Positions 12,991-25,900 of a stretch of DNA of 64,000 nucleotides are shown one piece after another. Position numbers and translations under genes: made by a program. Numbering within the stretch: position 1 is the stretch's first letter; each line of letters begins with the position of its first letter. Source of the DNA: Ostrea edulis. Lineage: Eukaryota. The stretch is taken from NCBI RefSeq assembly GCF_947568905.1, contig NC_079171.1:8804001-8868000 (forward strand). The letters run 5' to 3'. The notes under the pieces are model-generated. The model was not told where the DNA came from, did not search any database, and worked only from the letters and a program-made list of their open reading frames with translations.

Positions 12991-14666
12991 TTCAATGTGA
13001 CAATTAATCTCTTGATATTCCAGGATTTAAAAAAAGTCTAAATTTAGACGCACATGCAGTCTTAAAAATTCCGGAGCTATCTATTATCATATACTTTATA
13101 TTCCACACAATATAATGATACGCAAGACGCAATCTAATACACAATTACCGAGCTGCCCAAGAGTTATTTCCCTTTTTGACCTCTTACGGACGGTGAGGCG
13201 CAAAATGTTTTTGTACTCACGCGGTGGGTACAAATGCTGATCGTTGTGTTCATATATTGTCTAAAGGGTGATTATCAGGCGTCATGCAGCAACCCGAACT
13301 GCTGGAACACACACATTTAGTAAGTTTATGAGTATTTGATAATAAAATAGCTCAAACAAAAATTGATAATCACCATCTTTCTTTTATAAAAGTATCACTT
13401 GCATAGCAGAGGAAATAAACAATAAGTTCATATTTAATGCAATGGCGTAATTCAAACAAAATATTCTTGATATTGTCAGTATAATGTATACCAACGGTTG
13501 ATAAAAAGAAAAGAAGTAGGTACAGTTTCTACTGTCATCTGGCCCAGGAAATAGATGAATTCAGCAGGGGTCCCAAAATCTGACATTCAAATAAGGAATA
13601 TATAAGCAAATCAAAACTACGTTTAATTTGATCCGAAATTACTTTGTGTTGTGTGACAGGAGCGTGAAGTTGGCATAAAATTGCCAAAAATGCCAAAATG
13701 AATGAAAAATTTCATAAATTCAGGGTGTTTTCCCTTCAGAAAACATACAGCCCATGTGTCGAGCAAATTCATATTCAAATACATTTTTCGCCTTCTCTTA
13801 ATACACAATATATATTAATTGCATTTTGCTCGACGGATGGGGACACCTTTTCCTAAGCAATAATCTGGATCAAATTTAACAGTTATCAAACTCTTTTTGA
13901 AAAATGGCGGGAAAAACTCTTATTCATGACGTAATAATGCTATAAAATTAGAAATAACTTCGATTTAAGTTGAGATTGTTTACTTGGCATGTATTTAACT
14001 TATTCAAAACACAGATCAAGCTTGATTCAAGACACATTTAAATCAAGAGAAATTTTTTGGGCCTTTTTATGTACACAATTGTACCTTGTTCTTTACGCTT
14101 TCAGAACTTTCATCCTTATTTAGATAGCCAGTCTATACTGTATTTATACATCTTGTACCCACCAAAGCGTTCAACAGAATACAGAACGTACCTCCATCAC
14201 AAAAGAGCTGATATCTCGGAAGTTGCGTATCAAGATCAGGTCTTCTCTAACCGTTACACTGGAGACAGATCTGACAGCATTGCATTTGAGGTCGTGTTAT
14301 TGACCACCGTCTCATGAATAATTCAATAAAGATTCGACCAATAACAATAACTTGACAAATAATGAAGGACTAATCAGGAATCGTTTTACTGAAGTGTACA
14401 CAAAAATTGGCATCGATCCATGAAGTGTTCAAACGAACTCCAAATATCAGCGTTAAAGGAAGAACAAATGACGATCGTATATATTATACATCCATTATCG
14501 TTAAATATATTTTCTGTGGTATTCTAACATCGATCATGGCCGCCACCACCTTCTTCGATTATTATCCCGTGTTTCTCGGTAATTATCGACATGCGCATGA
14601 TAAATACCAAGTATGTTCCGATATAACAGGAAACTTTCACGTTGACGAGAGCCTTCATTTGATAGA

Positions 14667-14737
14667 AAGGTGAATATAACGAACAGTGATCAATCTCATA
14701 ACTCCTATAAGCAATACAATGTAGATAGTTGGCATGA
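14667..14737 (-). mobile_element. Naiad-like retroelement 3' tail fragment
   Basis: 'aaaggtgaatataacgaacagtgatcaatctcataactcctataagcaatac' is the same terminus as at 25255 and 47503. Confidence 0.7.
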
Positions 14738-14879
14738 GCTCACACTTAGTGTTGTTAGATCCCTCTCCAGTGTATCGGTGAGAGAGGATCTGATTTCAAT
14801 CAGATTGTATCGTCACAACACTATAATAATCATCCTAGGGCACCGAGGTTAGATGAGAACAAAACGCTGGACAAATATT

Positions 14880-15195
14880 GGGCCAATGTTTTTTGAGAAT
14901 GTCGAGATTATATGTCCGAGTTAGTTGGGTTAGTATGTAACTTGACTCAACATTTAGTCGATATTGTGAGAATGTCGAGATTATATGTCCGAGTTAGTGG
15001 GATAAGTGTGCAACTTGACTCGACATTTAGCCGATATTGTGAGAATGTCGAGATAATATGTCCGAGTTAGTCGGGTAAGTGTGCACCTTGGTTCAACATT
15101 TGGCCGATATTGTGAGAATGTCGAGATTATATGTCCGAGTTAGTGGGGTAAGTGTGTAACTTGGTTCAACATTTGGCCGATATTATGAGAGTGTC
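14880..15195. repeat. 73-bp minisatellite, ~4.3 copies
   Basis: 'gagaatgtcgagattatatgtccgagttag' recurs at 14895, 14968, 15041 and 15114 (period 73). Confidence 0.95.
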
Positions 15196-15251
15196 GCCAC
15201 AGCAATCCGGAGTTACTTGGGTACACAGCTTTGACCCATCCTAAAAATGTG

Positions 15252-15450
15252 AAGATAAGAAACAATGATCAACCTAAGAATACGAAATTAAGTGCAGGGC
15301 AAACACAGGCCGTTAGACATGCCAGAGGTGGAATTAGGTGCCTATGAGGAGAGAGTATCCCCTGTCGACCGCTTACATCCACCTTAAGCCCTATATCTTG
15401 ATCAGGTTAATGGATTTATCAGTAGTCAAAATCAGTGTGTCAAGAACTAT
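15252..15450 (-). mobile_element. Diverged Naiad-like 3' tail
   Basis: 'ccagaggtggaattaggtgccta...cccctgtcgacc...agccctatatcttgatcagg...gtagtcaaaatcagtgtg' matches the family. Confidence 0.65.
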
Positions 15451-15592
15451 ATTTTTAATCACAAGTAATGAGCCAACACATTCATACATTATTTAGAATT
15501 ACAATGAAACATAAAAAGGTTGGGTTTTTTTTTTTTTTACATTAATCAATGCTTTTTTTTTTAAATACGTTGCATTTACTAAAGAATTTGTT

Positions 15593-15834
15593 CCGTGGCC
15601 GAGTGGTTACAGTATTGCGCTGAAAATCACACGGCCTCTCACCTCTTTCGGCGCGGGTTCGAATCCCGCTCGTGCCGGTAAGCGAGAAAGTTTCCCATTT
15701 TACTTTCGAAAGGTCGGTGGTCTCTCCCCAGGTACATTGTATCTGGGTTCTCTCTTCCACCAATAAAAACTGGGCGCCACCATATAACTGAAAAATTGTT
15801 GAGTGTGGCGGAAAACATCAAAACAATCAATCAA
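15593..15834 (+). mobile_element. Full-length tRNA-derived SINE (V-domain-like core, (CAAT)n tail)
   Basis: A-box TGGCCGAGTGG (15596), B-box GGTTCGAATCC (15656), core 'ggtggtctctccccaggtac...ttccaccaataaaaactgg', and caatcaatcaa tail. Confidence 0.8.
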
Positions 15835-16609
15835 AACAAAAAGAAGTTTATATTTTACATAAGAAATAATAACATTATCTAAAATTCTAAAGAGTGTATA
15901 GAATTAATTTATCTATATTTAACATGTGTATTCTTTCAATTAACAAAACTGTTCAAAGGAAATCTTTGTAAGTTAATGCAAGCGAAAGTGTTGAAGATCT
16001 GCAGCGTCCAAAATAAAAAATGCAAATAAATACAAAAACGTTTTATTTCTTTTCATTTACAATAATGCGTACATGTGTAGACATGGAATTCTATACATCT
16101 TATAGACAAATAAAATACATTAAAAAAGTATATACCTGTTATAGACAAACAAAAGACATAAAAATATATGCCTGTTATAGACAAACGGTATATACTAAAT
16201 ACAGTTCATCGGAATAGCAGCAATACTTCCTGTATTACATTTTGATTATACAAGTAAATATATAAAAAGCTGTCATTCATTTCTTTGCTCACACAATACT
16301 AATCCTACATACACGCTGGCGGTCTTCCGTGTGGTAGTTTTAATAGATGGATAACATTTTAACAAACATTGTTGATAGAATATGGATTGATATTGGGTTT
16401 GTTTTTTATCTCCTGATGAATGAGACAGATCTGTGATTGTGTAAAGAAAGACACACGTATTTTATTTTGAACAGAGATTCTATGGTACATTTGTTAACTA
16501 CACATTAGTTTACTTTGAATTATTGCTACTCTATGAAAGTTAAGCTATGGCTGAATTAACTCGATACCATAATTTTTGGACACTTATTTGGAATGATTTA
16601 GCAGCAACA

Positions 16610-17047
16610 TAGTAAAGCAATATTATTACGAATTCACGGTTATAACGAATTCGCAGTTATAACGAATTCACTCTCATGGAGAACTCACGCTTCTTGCGAA
16701 TTCACGTTTATAACAAATTCAAGCTTATCAAGCTTATTGCGAAGTCATATTTATTCTCCTTAACAATATTGGATATAACGAAGTTTGGTTAAAAGAAACT
16801 GTTTCTGATGGACCTGGAGGTTCGCTATAACTGTCTTCTACTGTAAAACTAGACTTTGTAGTACTGTTTTAATGGCGCAGGAGGTTCGTTATAACTGTCT
16901 TCTATTGTATAACTAGACTTTGTCTGTAGTGCTGTTTTAATGACGCAGGAGGTTCGCTATAACTGTCTTTTACTGTATAACTAGACTTTGTCTGTAGTGC
17001 TGTTTTAATGGCGCTGGAGGTTCGCTATAACTGTCTTTTACTGTATA
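16610..17047. mobile_element. pogo/mariner-type MITE with its right end tandemly amplified x4
   Basis: Internal 'ataacgaattc' repeats; right end 'ttcgctataactgtcttctactg|ta' at 16843, then 63-68-bp repeats of that end at 16817, 16880, 16948 and 17016. Confidence 0.65.
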
Positions 17048-18236
17048 ACAAGAGATTGTCTGTACTACTTACAGTGATATAATGTCCAACGTTAAGATCT
17101 GAATTTAAAATCAGTAGGATGGACATCCGAAAAAATCCAACGTTTAACATGCTTTTATCTTCAATATCGCTTGTACATGTTTAAGATAATCATATTATAT
17201 AGCTGACATATATTCTATTCATAATGTAAGCCATGTATCCCGATATTCCTACAGCACTAGAAATACAGACTAGCTCCTATCTAAAGTACAGCAAGTTCCC
17301 GGAATGTATGTAAAGTTAATATGTACATTATAAGTTAAATTTGTCTATACCATAACTTAGCTCTACTTGCCGTGATCAAAAATGTGACCAACAATAAAAA
17401 TTATTCGTAAAGATAAAAATATTATCCAACTCATTTGTTTTATTAAAAAAACAATCAGTTCTACTTTTTAAAAATAAACCTTATCATTATCTGCTAAAAA
17501 TAACCTTATCATTATCTGCTAAAAATAACCTTATCATTATCTGCTAAAAGAAAATCTGAATCACCTGCTTTGATAAAAAGAAACAGAGCTACAAGTTTAG
17601 ATGAAAACACAGAATTACTTATTTTCATAAATAAAATCATAACGACTTATTTTCATAAAACATGCAGTCCTCTTCTGTATAAAAACAACTTATACTTGTC
17701 AATGATAGCGTGATGTAGATGCAATGTGTTAAAATATGTGAATATCAGTGTTTTTAGTTTTGTATAGAACACGTACAGGAAGGGATTCTAGGAAGCTGGT
17801 GCTACAATTGTAAAAATTAAAGATGTCGACCATGGTCAAATATTTGATTTAATTTTCTTTTGACAAGAACATTTGGACATGTTGCATATTTTTTGTGGTT
17901 GGGGTAATTCTGAAATCAGAATACACAAGTTGTTACATCATAAAACATAAAACTTAACTAAAATCAAATTACGACAAACTGAACATTGTCTACATTACCA
18001 AACACTTTAAGTGTATCTGTATTCCAGTTCTATTTGAGCAAAATGAGTTTAATGCCCAATATATAATCACCAATATGAACAATTATCAATTTGTGTCTGG
18101 TAGTTTCTGTCTAATTAGAGGTATACTTTAATATTCTACAAGTAGGTAGCTTCCTTAAAAAATCAAACAAAATTTCCTTCCAGTTTAGAAAATGTAAATA
18201 TACAATAAAAACACCTTTATAATAATTTCAAACTTA

Positions 18237-18501
18237 CAGTAAAGCACAATTACATCAAACACTCTTATAATGAATTCACGTTTACAGCGAAGTGACTTTT
18301 ATTTCCCGTAATTTTTAAATTGTGCTATAAATTTCTGAGGTATAACAAATCACGTTTATAATGAATTGAAATTGTTCATCCCCAGTAATTAATTACAAGT
18401 ATGTTTTACTATAAAAGTGTTCGCCCTAGCACTTCACTATTATAAGCATGTTTTACTGTAATTGTTCACCTTAGCACTTCACTATAAGTATGTTTAACTG
18501 T
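18237..18501. mobile_element. pogo/mariner-type MITE with tandem copies of its right end
   Basis: ta|cagtaaagcac...ataatgaattcacg...gttttacta|ta, then two ~42-bp repeats of the terminus ending 'tgttttactgta'/'tgtttaactgta'. Confidence 0.6.
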
Positions 18502-19574
18502 ATTAGAAATAATTTGTTTTATCTACGATCAATTTAATCCTGTCACATTAGTATCAGAAGTCATATGTCTACAGTGTTTTCAATGTTACAAAAATGAGAA
18601 CATTGTGAAACGCCCACCAAAGCTCCAAAAATCTAAGGATGGAATTTTCCGAAAATTATTAAACTCTGTCCATGCAAATATCAAACAAAGAACTTCCTCC
18701 CTCTTTAATAACATTATGGATTCACCATTCACAAGCATGTCTCTGAAGATGTACTAATTATCTGGCACACAAACATACAAAAATAAAAAACCCTCAATTT
18801 CTGAGATGAAACACAACTACGAAACAAGTGTAGTCTAGAACAATCTAAATAATGAATCAGTGTTAAATAAGCATTACCAGTAAGCATAGGCGGATCTATC
18901 TGGGAGGAAGTATACTACAGGAAGTCAGGCACTTGGGAACTCTATGTTTCTATGATAAAATTGTAAAGGGATATTAAAACTTCCATGTTAAAACCAAATT
19001 TTATTCACATACCAGGGATGTCCACAAGTGTTGTACCCATTTCAGTCATGTTGATGCTTAGCTCTTTAGTAATGAAAATTCATTCCCCAGCAGTAGATTT
19101 CCCAATAATGACAGTGGATTTCCTATCTAACAGTGGTTCCTCCCTAATATTGGTTCGCATCTGACAGTGAATCCCATCAAATCCCATCTGACAATGAATC
19201 CAATCTGACAGTGAATCCTATCTGACAGTAGGAGTTTGTGACTACTAAATAAAATTGCAAGTACAAAATTGGTTTCTAACATCGTGAATTATAACCCCAC
19301 CTTGAAATATCCTGGATCCACCCCTGAACACGTCAACAAACAAAGAATAGAGATTACTGTACACATTGAATATCACATAAAAATCACAAAAAAACAACAC
19401 TGCTGTACCTGTATAAATAAAACACAGTTTGTAAAATCACTCATTGGTTACGACAATCTTTGTTAACAGTTATCAAATCTTGTAGTAAATGTAAATCATG
19501 ACCGTGATTTTTTTACAGTAACTCATAGAATTGATCTTTGGAAGTCTCCTGCAACTGTGACAAAGCTGTATGTA

Positions 19575-19706
19575 CAGTGCAACAAGCTTATAATGAACAC
19601 AGTTATAATGAATTTACACTTACTGTGGAATGATAATTTGCCTATGAGTGGAGAATGACCCAACTCTTCACAAGCCCTGGAGGTTTGCTATAACCGTGTT
19701 ACACTA
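19575..19706. mobile_element. Short pogo/mariner-type MITE
   Basis: ta|cagtgcaacaagcttataatgaac...gtttgctataaccgtgttacacta|ta; related to the copies at 16610 and 18237. Confidence 0.55.
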
Positions 19707-20249
19707 TACTGATGAATAAATCACTATACATAAGATTTAATATGGAAGCATGCATCATAGGTATCTATATTCTTCTGTAGGTCTGAGCTAAAAATAAAAA
19801 TGGTCATGAACATGGTACAATTGTCCATAATCTAGGTCCTACAATAAGTACATACACAGCTAATGCATTTCTAAATTACACAAAACATTCGATTAAAAAC
19901 GAGGTTGATCAAAGTCAGATGATTAGTGAACGTGGAATGTATCTCATTCTTTAAAAACCCATATACATACATTCACAATGTCACTCATCTCAGATAATAA
20001 TACCACAATGCATACAGGTAAAAGACACCTTCCATATCCCAATAAAGTCACATCAACCTCTCGTCACTCATCTCCCGTTTAAAAGTCGCACCAAATTCAC
20101 GTCCCTCATTTTGACAGCACAAGCACAAAACTAGCAAAGGTCTTGTGATGTTGTGTGTTGATATTATTGTACTGTAATAGACTCTAGAGTGTCTAAAATC
20201 ATAAACTTACAGAGGGACTCACTGTCTGGCACATCGCATGGCTGATCAA

Positions 20250-20460
20250 ATCCAGATCATTGTCACGTGATATCATGCTATAAATAGATTACATCCAGAT
20301 CAATGTCACGTGATATCTTGCTATAAATAGATTACATCCAGATCATTATCACGTGATATCATGCTATAAATAGATTACATCCTGATCAATGTCACGTGAT
20401 ATATTGCTATAAATAGATTACATCCAGATCAATGTCACATGATATCTTGCTATAGATCTA
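20250..20460. repeat. 43-bp minisatellite x~5
   Basis: Unit atccagatca(t/a)tgtcacgtgatatc(a/t)tgctataaatagattac, containing CACGTG and GATATC palindromes. Confidence 0.95.
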
Positions 20461-20750
20461 TTACCTCCAAAACAGGAACACATTACAACTCAGAAGCAAA
20501 GTTCAAATGTTCAATTTTGCATCCAGATCATTGTCTCTTGAAATCATGCTATAGCTCTATTACCTCCAAAACAGGACGCAATGCAATGTGGAAACAAAGT
20601 TTAAAAGTTCAAAGGTGTATTGAACGCAAGACCGGTCTCTGTCGACTTGTACTTCTACTGGTCAAGAAAATGCACACCTACATTTGGACTGGCTGGAATG
20701 GTTAATGCGAGAACAAGGACTAGCACATTGGGGACTTGAGAGTTGGCACT

Positions 20751-20909
20751 TCAGCAGTCACTGTGATCCGGTCCGACGTCGTCCCGAGTGACCGGGATTT
20801 TTAACATTGAGATTTCTTCCTCTAGCTGCCGTATCCGTTTGTCTTTTAACGATATCTGCTCTTTTAGGCTAGTGATTTCTTCTAACTGTTTAAAGTAAGC
20901 TTTTCGCAA
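20751..20909 (-). CDS. Terminal coding exon of a type II coronin (CORO2A/2B-like) gene, C-terminal coiled coil
   Basis: Acceptor ttttcatttcAG| then LRKAYFKQLEEITSLKEQISLKDKRIRQLEEEISMLKIPVTRDDVGPDHSDC*. From memory this aligns to the CORO2B end LLRMFFRQQDEIRRLKEELAQKDIRIRQLQLELKNLR. No other coronin exons were recognised. Confidence 0.7.
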   Translation of the reverse strand: MRKAYFKQLEEITSLKEQISLKDKRIRQLEEEISMLKIPVTRDDVGPDHSDC

Positions 20910-21479
20910 CTGAAATGAAAATGGAAAACATCTAGTAAACAATATGTGATCATTTGAAAACAAATCTAAATCATTAACATGGAAGAGCATGGGAATTAAA
21001 GCTGCCAGTGAATAGAGATCATTAACATGGAAGAGCATGGAAATTAAGTCTGCCAGTGAATAGAGATTACCAATAATGTTAAGTTTGTAGTAAAGAAATC
21101 AAAATGGCATTGGATAATTTCATAATTCCAGACATAGAATTTTTGACATGATGATGTCATGGAAATGATGGATACTGCATGACTACATGTTTCTAGATCT
21201 GAAAGCTTACTCACAATTCTAGCTAAATCAATCCTATCATATCATCACATAACGACTAAAATACCAGCATCCTGAAACTGTGGTCACTAAAACAGCAAGT
21301 TTCGATTTGTCACAAAGTAGTGTTGGTTATTTAAACAGCTGTTTAAGGATAGACAAAAACATATCATTAGCTGGCAATCTAACTTGAATTTAAATGCATG
21401 CTACAAATTCAGTTTAGGCCAACTGTCAATGACACAATGTTAATGGCTACTATGGTGTATATTGTTTGATGTTCCGCTT

Positions 21480-21680
21480 GAAAACATTTCACTCATATGG
21501 AGTCGTCACCATTGTCAGTGAAAGGCTGCAAAATTTACACTTATGCTCTGAACTTACAGCTTTTGAGCAAGGAGGGATCTTTATATTGCCACATCTGTTG
21601 TGACACGGGGTCTAGGCTTTTGCTATCTCATTGGAAAGACCACCCTATTTAGTTACCTCTTATGACAAGCAAGGGAAACT
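21480..21680 (-). mobile_element. Decayed SINE (same family as 6106-6348)
   Basis: Reverse complement of 'cccttgcttgtc(a)taagagg(t)aactaaa...gtgtcacaacag...ggtgacgactccatatgagtgaaa'. Confidence 0.7.
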
Positions 21681-21811
21681 AAGGACCTTTTCTAAACTGG
21701 GTTTCTACAGGTATATCAGCTGTTAAGAAGTTTTATATTAAATCCAAACTGTTGATAACCAACACACATAGCATACACTGTTAGTAAACATCGCCCTGTA
21801 TGAAAGCAAAT

Positions 21812-22107
21812 CACTCCACAGAACACATAGCATGCACAGCAGACGGGGTATATGTACCCACCACGGAGGGAACTCCTGCTAAATACAGTACATGCTGTGT
21901 AGACAGGGGAATATATATATATACTCCACAGAGGGGACCCCCACTAAATACAGTACATGCTGTGTAGACAGGGGAATATATATATATATACTCCACAGAG
22001 GGGACCCCCACTAAATACAGTACATGCTGTGTAGACAGGGGGATATATATATATATACACTCCACGGAGGAGACTCCCACTAAATACAGTACATGCTGTG
22101 TAGACAT

Positions 22108-22161
<54 letters not shown>

Positions 22162-22270
22162 TCCACGGAGGGGACTCCCTTTAAATACTGTACATGCTGT
22201 GTAGACAAAGAGATATATACACTCCACGGAGGGGACTCCCACTAAATGCAGTACATGCTTTGTGGACAGA
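21812..22270. repeat. ~68-bp minisatellite with variable (TA)n, ~7 copies
   Basis: Unit 'actccacggaggggactcccactaaatacagtacatgctgtgtagacagggga(ta)n'; one copy carries about 25 TA units. Confidence 0.95.
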
Positions 22271-22359
22271 TATGTGTGTGTACACTGAATGTTTGGAAGT
22301 AATATTCGCAAAACAAATGTGGATTTTCATCATATATAAAATAGCTTGTTCATGATCCT

Positions 22360-22575
22360 CCATCTTGAGTTTTATTTAAGGTCTTACATCTTGATCTCTT
22401 ATCTAAAGTCTCTTATTCGAGGTCCTCTGCCTTGAATGTCCTGAGATGTTATATAAGTTCTCCGTCTTGAGATTTTATATAAGGTTCTCTGTCTTAAGAT
22501 TTTATTTAAGGTCCTCCGTCTTGAGATTTTATTACGGCCCTCTGTCTTGAGATTTTATTTAAGGTCCTCTGTATT
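22360..22575. repeat. ~27-bp degenerate minisatellite
   Basis: Repeats of 'ggtcctccgtcttgagattttatttaa'. Confidence 0.85.
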
Positions 22576-22695
22576 GAAACCGTATCCATGCTCTGAAGAA
22601 TGGTGATGAGAGATACGATGAATTTATGAAACCTAATACATACAAAAAATTATCCTCTCTCTGTTTCTGTCATTTATCACCAGTAGATTTACACG

Positions 22696-24800
22696 AAACA
22701 AGAGGCCCGTGGGCCACATCGCTCACCTGAGTCACCTTGGCTCATATGTAAAGATTTCCCCTGTATGTTTGCATGTAGAACTGAGATCCCTATTGTGGCC
22801 CGACCTACTCCAGGGGGTCATGATTTTTTTCAAAATTCGAATGTGAACTACAGTGAAACTTCTCCAAACCGGCCCCTCAGAAAACCGGTTCTCCCTGAAT
22901 ATCGGCCGATTTTCAAAGTCCCGGCAGAAATCTTAACATTTCCTTACAAAGAAAGTCTTACAAAACCGGCCACCCCTGAAAACCGGACATCGGCCACTTT
23001 TTTAAAGTACATTTGTTAACAAACATGTGTAATTTACCCTTAACATACCGGCCACGTTTTGAAGACAAGAAAATTTTGGTCAGAGGTTGATCGTCCAGGT
23101 GTGCAAATTGACTGACTGACCGGCCAGGTGGGAAATTATCGACCGGAGGTGTGAAACACACTAGTGGCCTCTTTAATTTCTATTGTTTACCTGTGCTGTC
23201 AAGGGTGTTAATTGACACTTAGCTAATCCAAGAGACCCTTCCAAATTCTGTACAAAATGTAAAAAACAGTTAGGAACATATTAAATGAATACGGAATCGA
23301 ACGTCATATTGTATCACCATACTGTCGTATGGATATAAGCGGTAGTTAATAAAGAACAAACCCATGACTGTTAATGATAATTATTAAAAGATATATTAAA
23401 TTTTCTTGGTTTCCATAGACTTAAAATTCCAAATAAATATTCAAATTACAATTTCATATTTACTACTGTACTTTTTAAAAACGTCAAAACAAAATTGTTA
23501 ATGACATAAGCGATGAATGTAAACAGAGTTTTTATAGGTAAGAGGGATTCCAATAATAGGTCTCTGTGTTTTCTTTATGTATCCTGTTATAAATTTTCAG
23601 TTTGAAAGATGATTTCAGCGAGAATATTTTTTGTAATTCATAATTACCTTTAAGTACAAGCGGACTAATTTAATCTCCACCGATAATTGATCATAGATCA
23701 CCAGATCAAAGTGAACAGTACCTAGTTTGTGAATATTGAGATAAAACGTCTATCATTGCTAAATTCTCGGTATACCGGCCATCCCTCTAAACCGGCCGTT
23801 TTTTCCGGTCCGAGAGCCGGCCGGTTTGGAGAAGTTTCACAGTATATCAGGAAGCTTTCATGTGAAAGTAAACATTTCTGGTCGAGTGATTTTTCAGAAC
23901 AAGATTTGTAATGATTTTCCCTATACATTTGTATGTAAAAGTTTCATCCCCTATTGTCGCCTCATCTTACCCTCCGGGGGCCATGATTTCCATAAAATTG
24001 AATCTACACTATGTCAGAAAGCTTTCATGTAAATTTCAATTTTCCTGGTAGTTTTTGAGAAGATTTTCCATATATATTTGTATGTAAAACTTTGATCTAT
24101 TATGAAACTGTATAAAACTATTATGGCCCATCCTATCCCCGGGGGCCATGATTTGAACAAATTTCAATCTGCACTATGTTAGAAAACTTTCATGTAAATT
24201 TCCACTTTCTTGGCCTAATAGTTTTTGAGAAGATTTTTAAAGATTGTCCCTATATTTGTATGCAAAATTTTGATCCCGCTTCAGGCCCAATCCTACCCCT
24301 GGGGGCCATGATTTTTATAAACTTGAATCTGCACTATGTCAGAAAGCTTTCACATAAATATCAGCTTTTCTGGTTCAGTGGTTCTTGAGAAGAAGATTTT
24401 TAAAGATTTTTCCTATATATTTGTATGTAATACTTTGATCCCCTATTGTGACCCCATCCAACCTCCGGGACTATGATTTGAATAAACTTGAATCTGCACA
24501 ATGTCAGAAAGCTTTCTTGTATTTTTCAGCTTTTCTGGCCCAGTGGTTCTTAAACAGATTCTTATATTAAATAACCCTACCCTATTTTTGCATTTTGGTG
24601 ATTATCTCCCTCTTTGAAAGGAACATGGCCCTTCATTTGAACAAACTTGAACGCCCTTCACCCAAGGATGCTCTTGACCAAGTTTGGTTGAAATTGGCCC
24701 TGTTGTTCTGGGGAAGAAGTCGAAAATGTAAAAAGTTTACAGACGGACGGACAGACAGAGACGGACAAATGACAGGTAACAGGCGATCAGGTGAGCTAAG
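22696..24800 (+). mobile_element. Non-autonomous Helentron (HINE/DINE-1-like) with ~165-bp core satellite repeats
   Basis: Left end aaacaagaggccc..gggccacatcgctcacctgag; core repeats with period ~160-167 (ggggccatgattt at 23976, 24141, 24301, ~24468); (GACG/GACA)n microsatellite at ~24742; right end tcaggtgagctaa inverted to the left sub-TIR. Confidence 0.85.
22851..23842. mobile_element. Tc1/mariner-pogo MITE nested in the HINE
   Basis: 24-bp TIR cagtgaaacttctccaaaccggcc (1 mismatch) with a TA duplication on both sides; it interrupts a HINE core repeat at its TA. Confidence 0.9.
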
Positions 24801-25254
24801 AACAATCCATTAATAGCATACAGAGTAGTCTGTTTCAGAAGGTGTATACGGTCCTGTAAATAAGTCTAGACATCACTGAATAGTCATTGTCATGCAGTGT
24901 CATTATAAAATACTTGATCAACAATACAGTGCAAAGTCATACATAGAGAATATCTACGTTGTTGATGAATACGGTATACGGTATACTGACAAATATTGAT
25001 TGCAATTCATTCTGTGTCCACGGCATTTTAGTTTGCATGACTTCGATGCATTGACTTGCAATTTGTCACTTACTCTAATAGGTATTGATATTTCACATAA
25101 TCAGTCCATTTTCTAACCTTCACTTGTTTATTCAGCAAAATTTGATCAGATTGTATGTAGTCGGTTGTCTTTATTTTCACGAGACGATGTGACGTAATTA
25201 ACCTCGTTTAGTAGGCATCCAATTTAGGACGACTGTTCTCCAATGCACTACAGA

Positions 25255-25900
25255 ATGCAAGGTGAAGATAACGAACTCTGATCAATCTCATAACTCCTAT
25301 AAGCAATATAAAATAGATAGTTGAGCAAACACGGACCCCTGGACACACCAAAGGTGGGATCGGGTGCCTAGGAGGAATAAGCATCCCCTGTTGGACGGTC
25401 ACACACGCCGTGAGCCCTATATCCTGATCATGCTAACGGATTTATCCGCAGTCAAAATCAGTGTGCCAAGAACGGCTTAACAATCGATATGAAACACGTC
25501 AGACAGCATTTGACCCAATGCGAGGTTGTATTGACGAACTAGATCGTTATAACGACCATAGAATTTGCGAAATGCTGACTTCAATCGCGACTGTTGAAAT
25601 CCCTGTACCATCAACTTGTTTGTCAGTAGCTTACCTCGATTTAAAAACTGACTATACCCAGAACAGACTCTTGCATATCGAATCAGTTGAGATATATAAA
25701 CACCATATGCAGGTAATAATGGAATATTGCTACACAAATATGGGAAGTTGACGATGGAGAAGCTGAAATCATCCCGTTTGTCATACAGTTGAGTTGTCAG
25801 TTTGCCGTTAATGAAGAATAATTCACTACAATTTTCTTGAGTATTATGAATCTCACAACTTACCCTCCGCCATATAATGAAAGGAAACTTTATCACAGTG
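25255..25900 (-). mobile_element. 5'-truncated Penelope-like (Naiad-type) retroelement: RT C-terminus and 3' tail
   Basis: ORF 25477-25896 reads TTQLYDKRDDFSFSIVNFPYLCSNIP..AYGVYISQLIRYARVCS..., typical of PLE RT C-termini; the tail is dispersed about ten times in this window. Confidence 0.75.

Noticed and set aside
13211-13221. GTGAGT donor on the minus strand as TRIM-2 exon 1
   Set aside because: Plausible distance, but no homology to the conserved exon-1 module; unsupported without cDNA.
14880-22270. Regular repeats as possible CRISPR-like arrays
   Set aside because: The units are contiguous tandem copies with no unique spacers; the context is eukaryotic and there are no cas genes.
21811-22311. 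166-aa ORF with YIYIYI runs
   Set aside because: Translation of a minisatellite and (TA)n; artefact.
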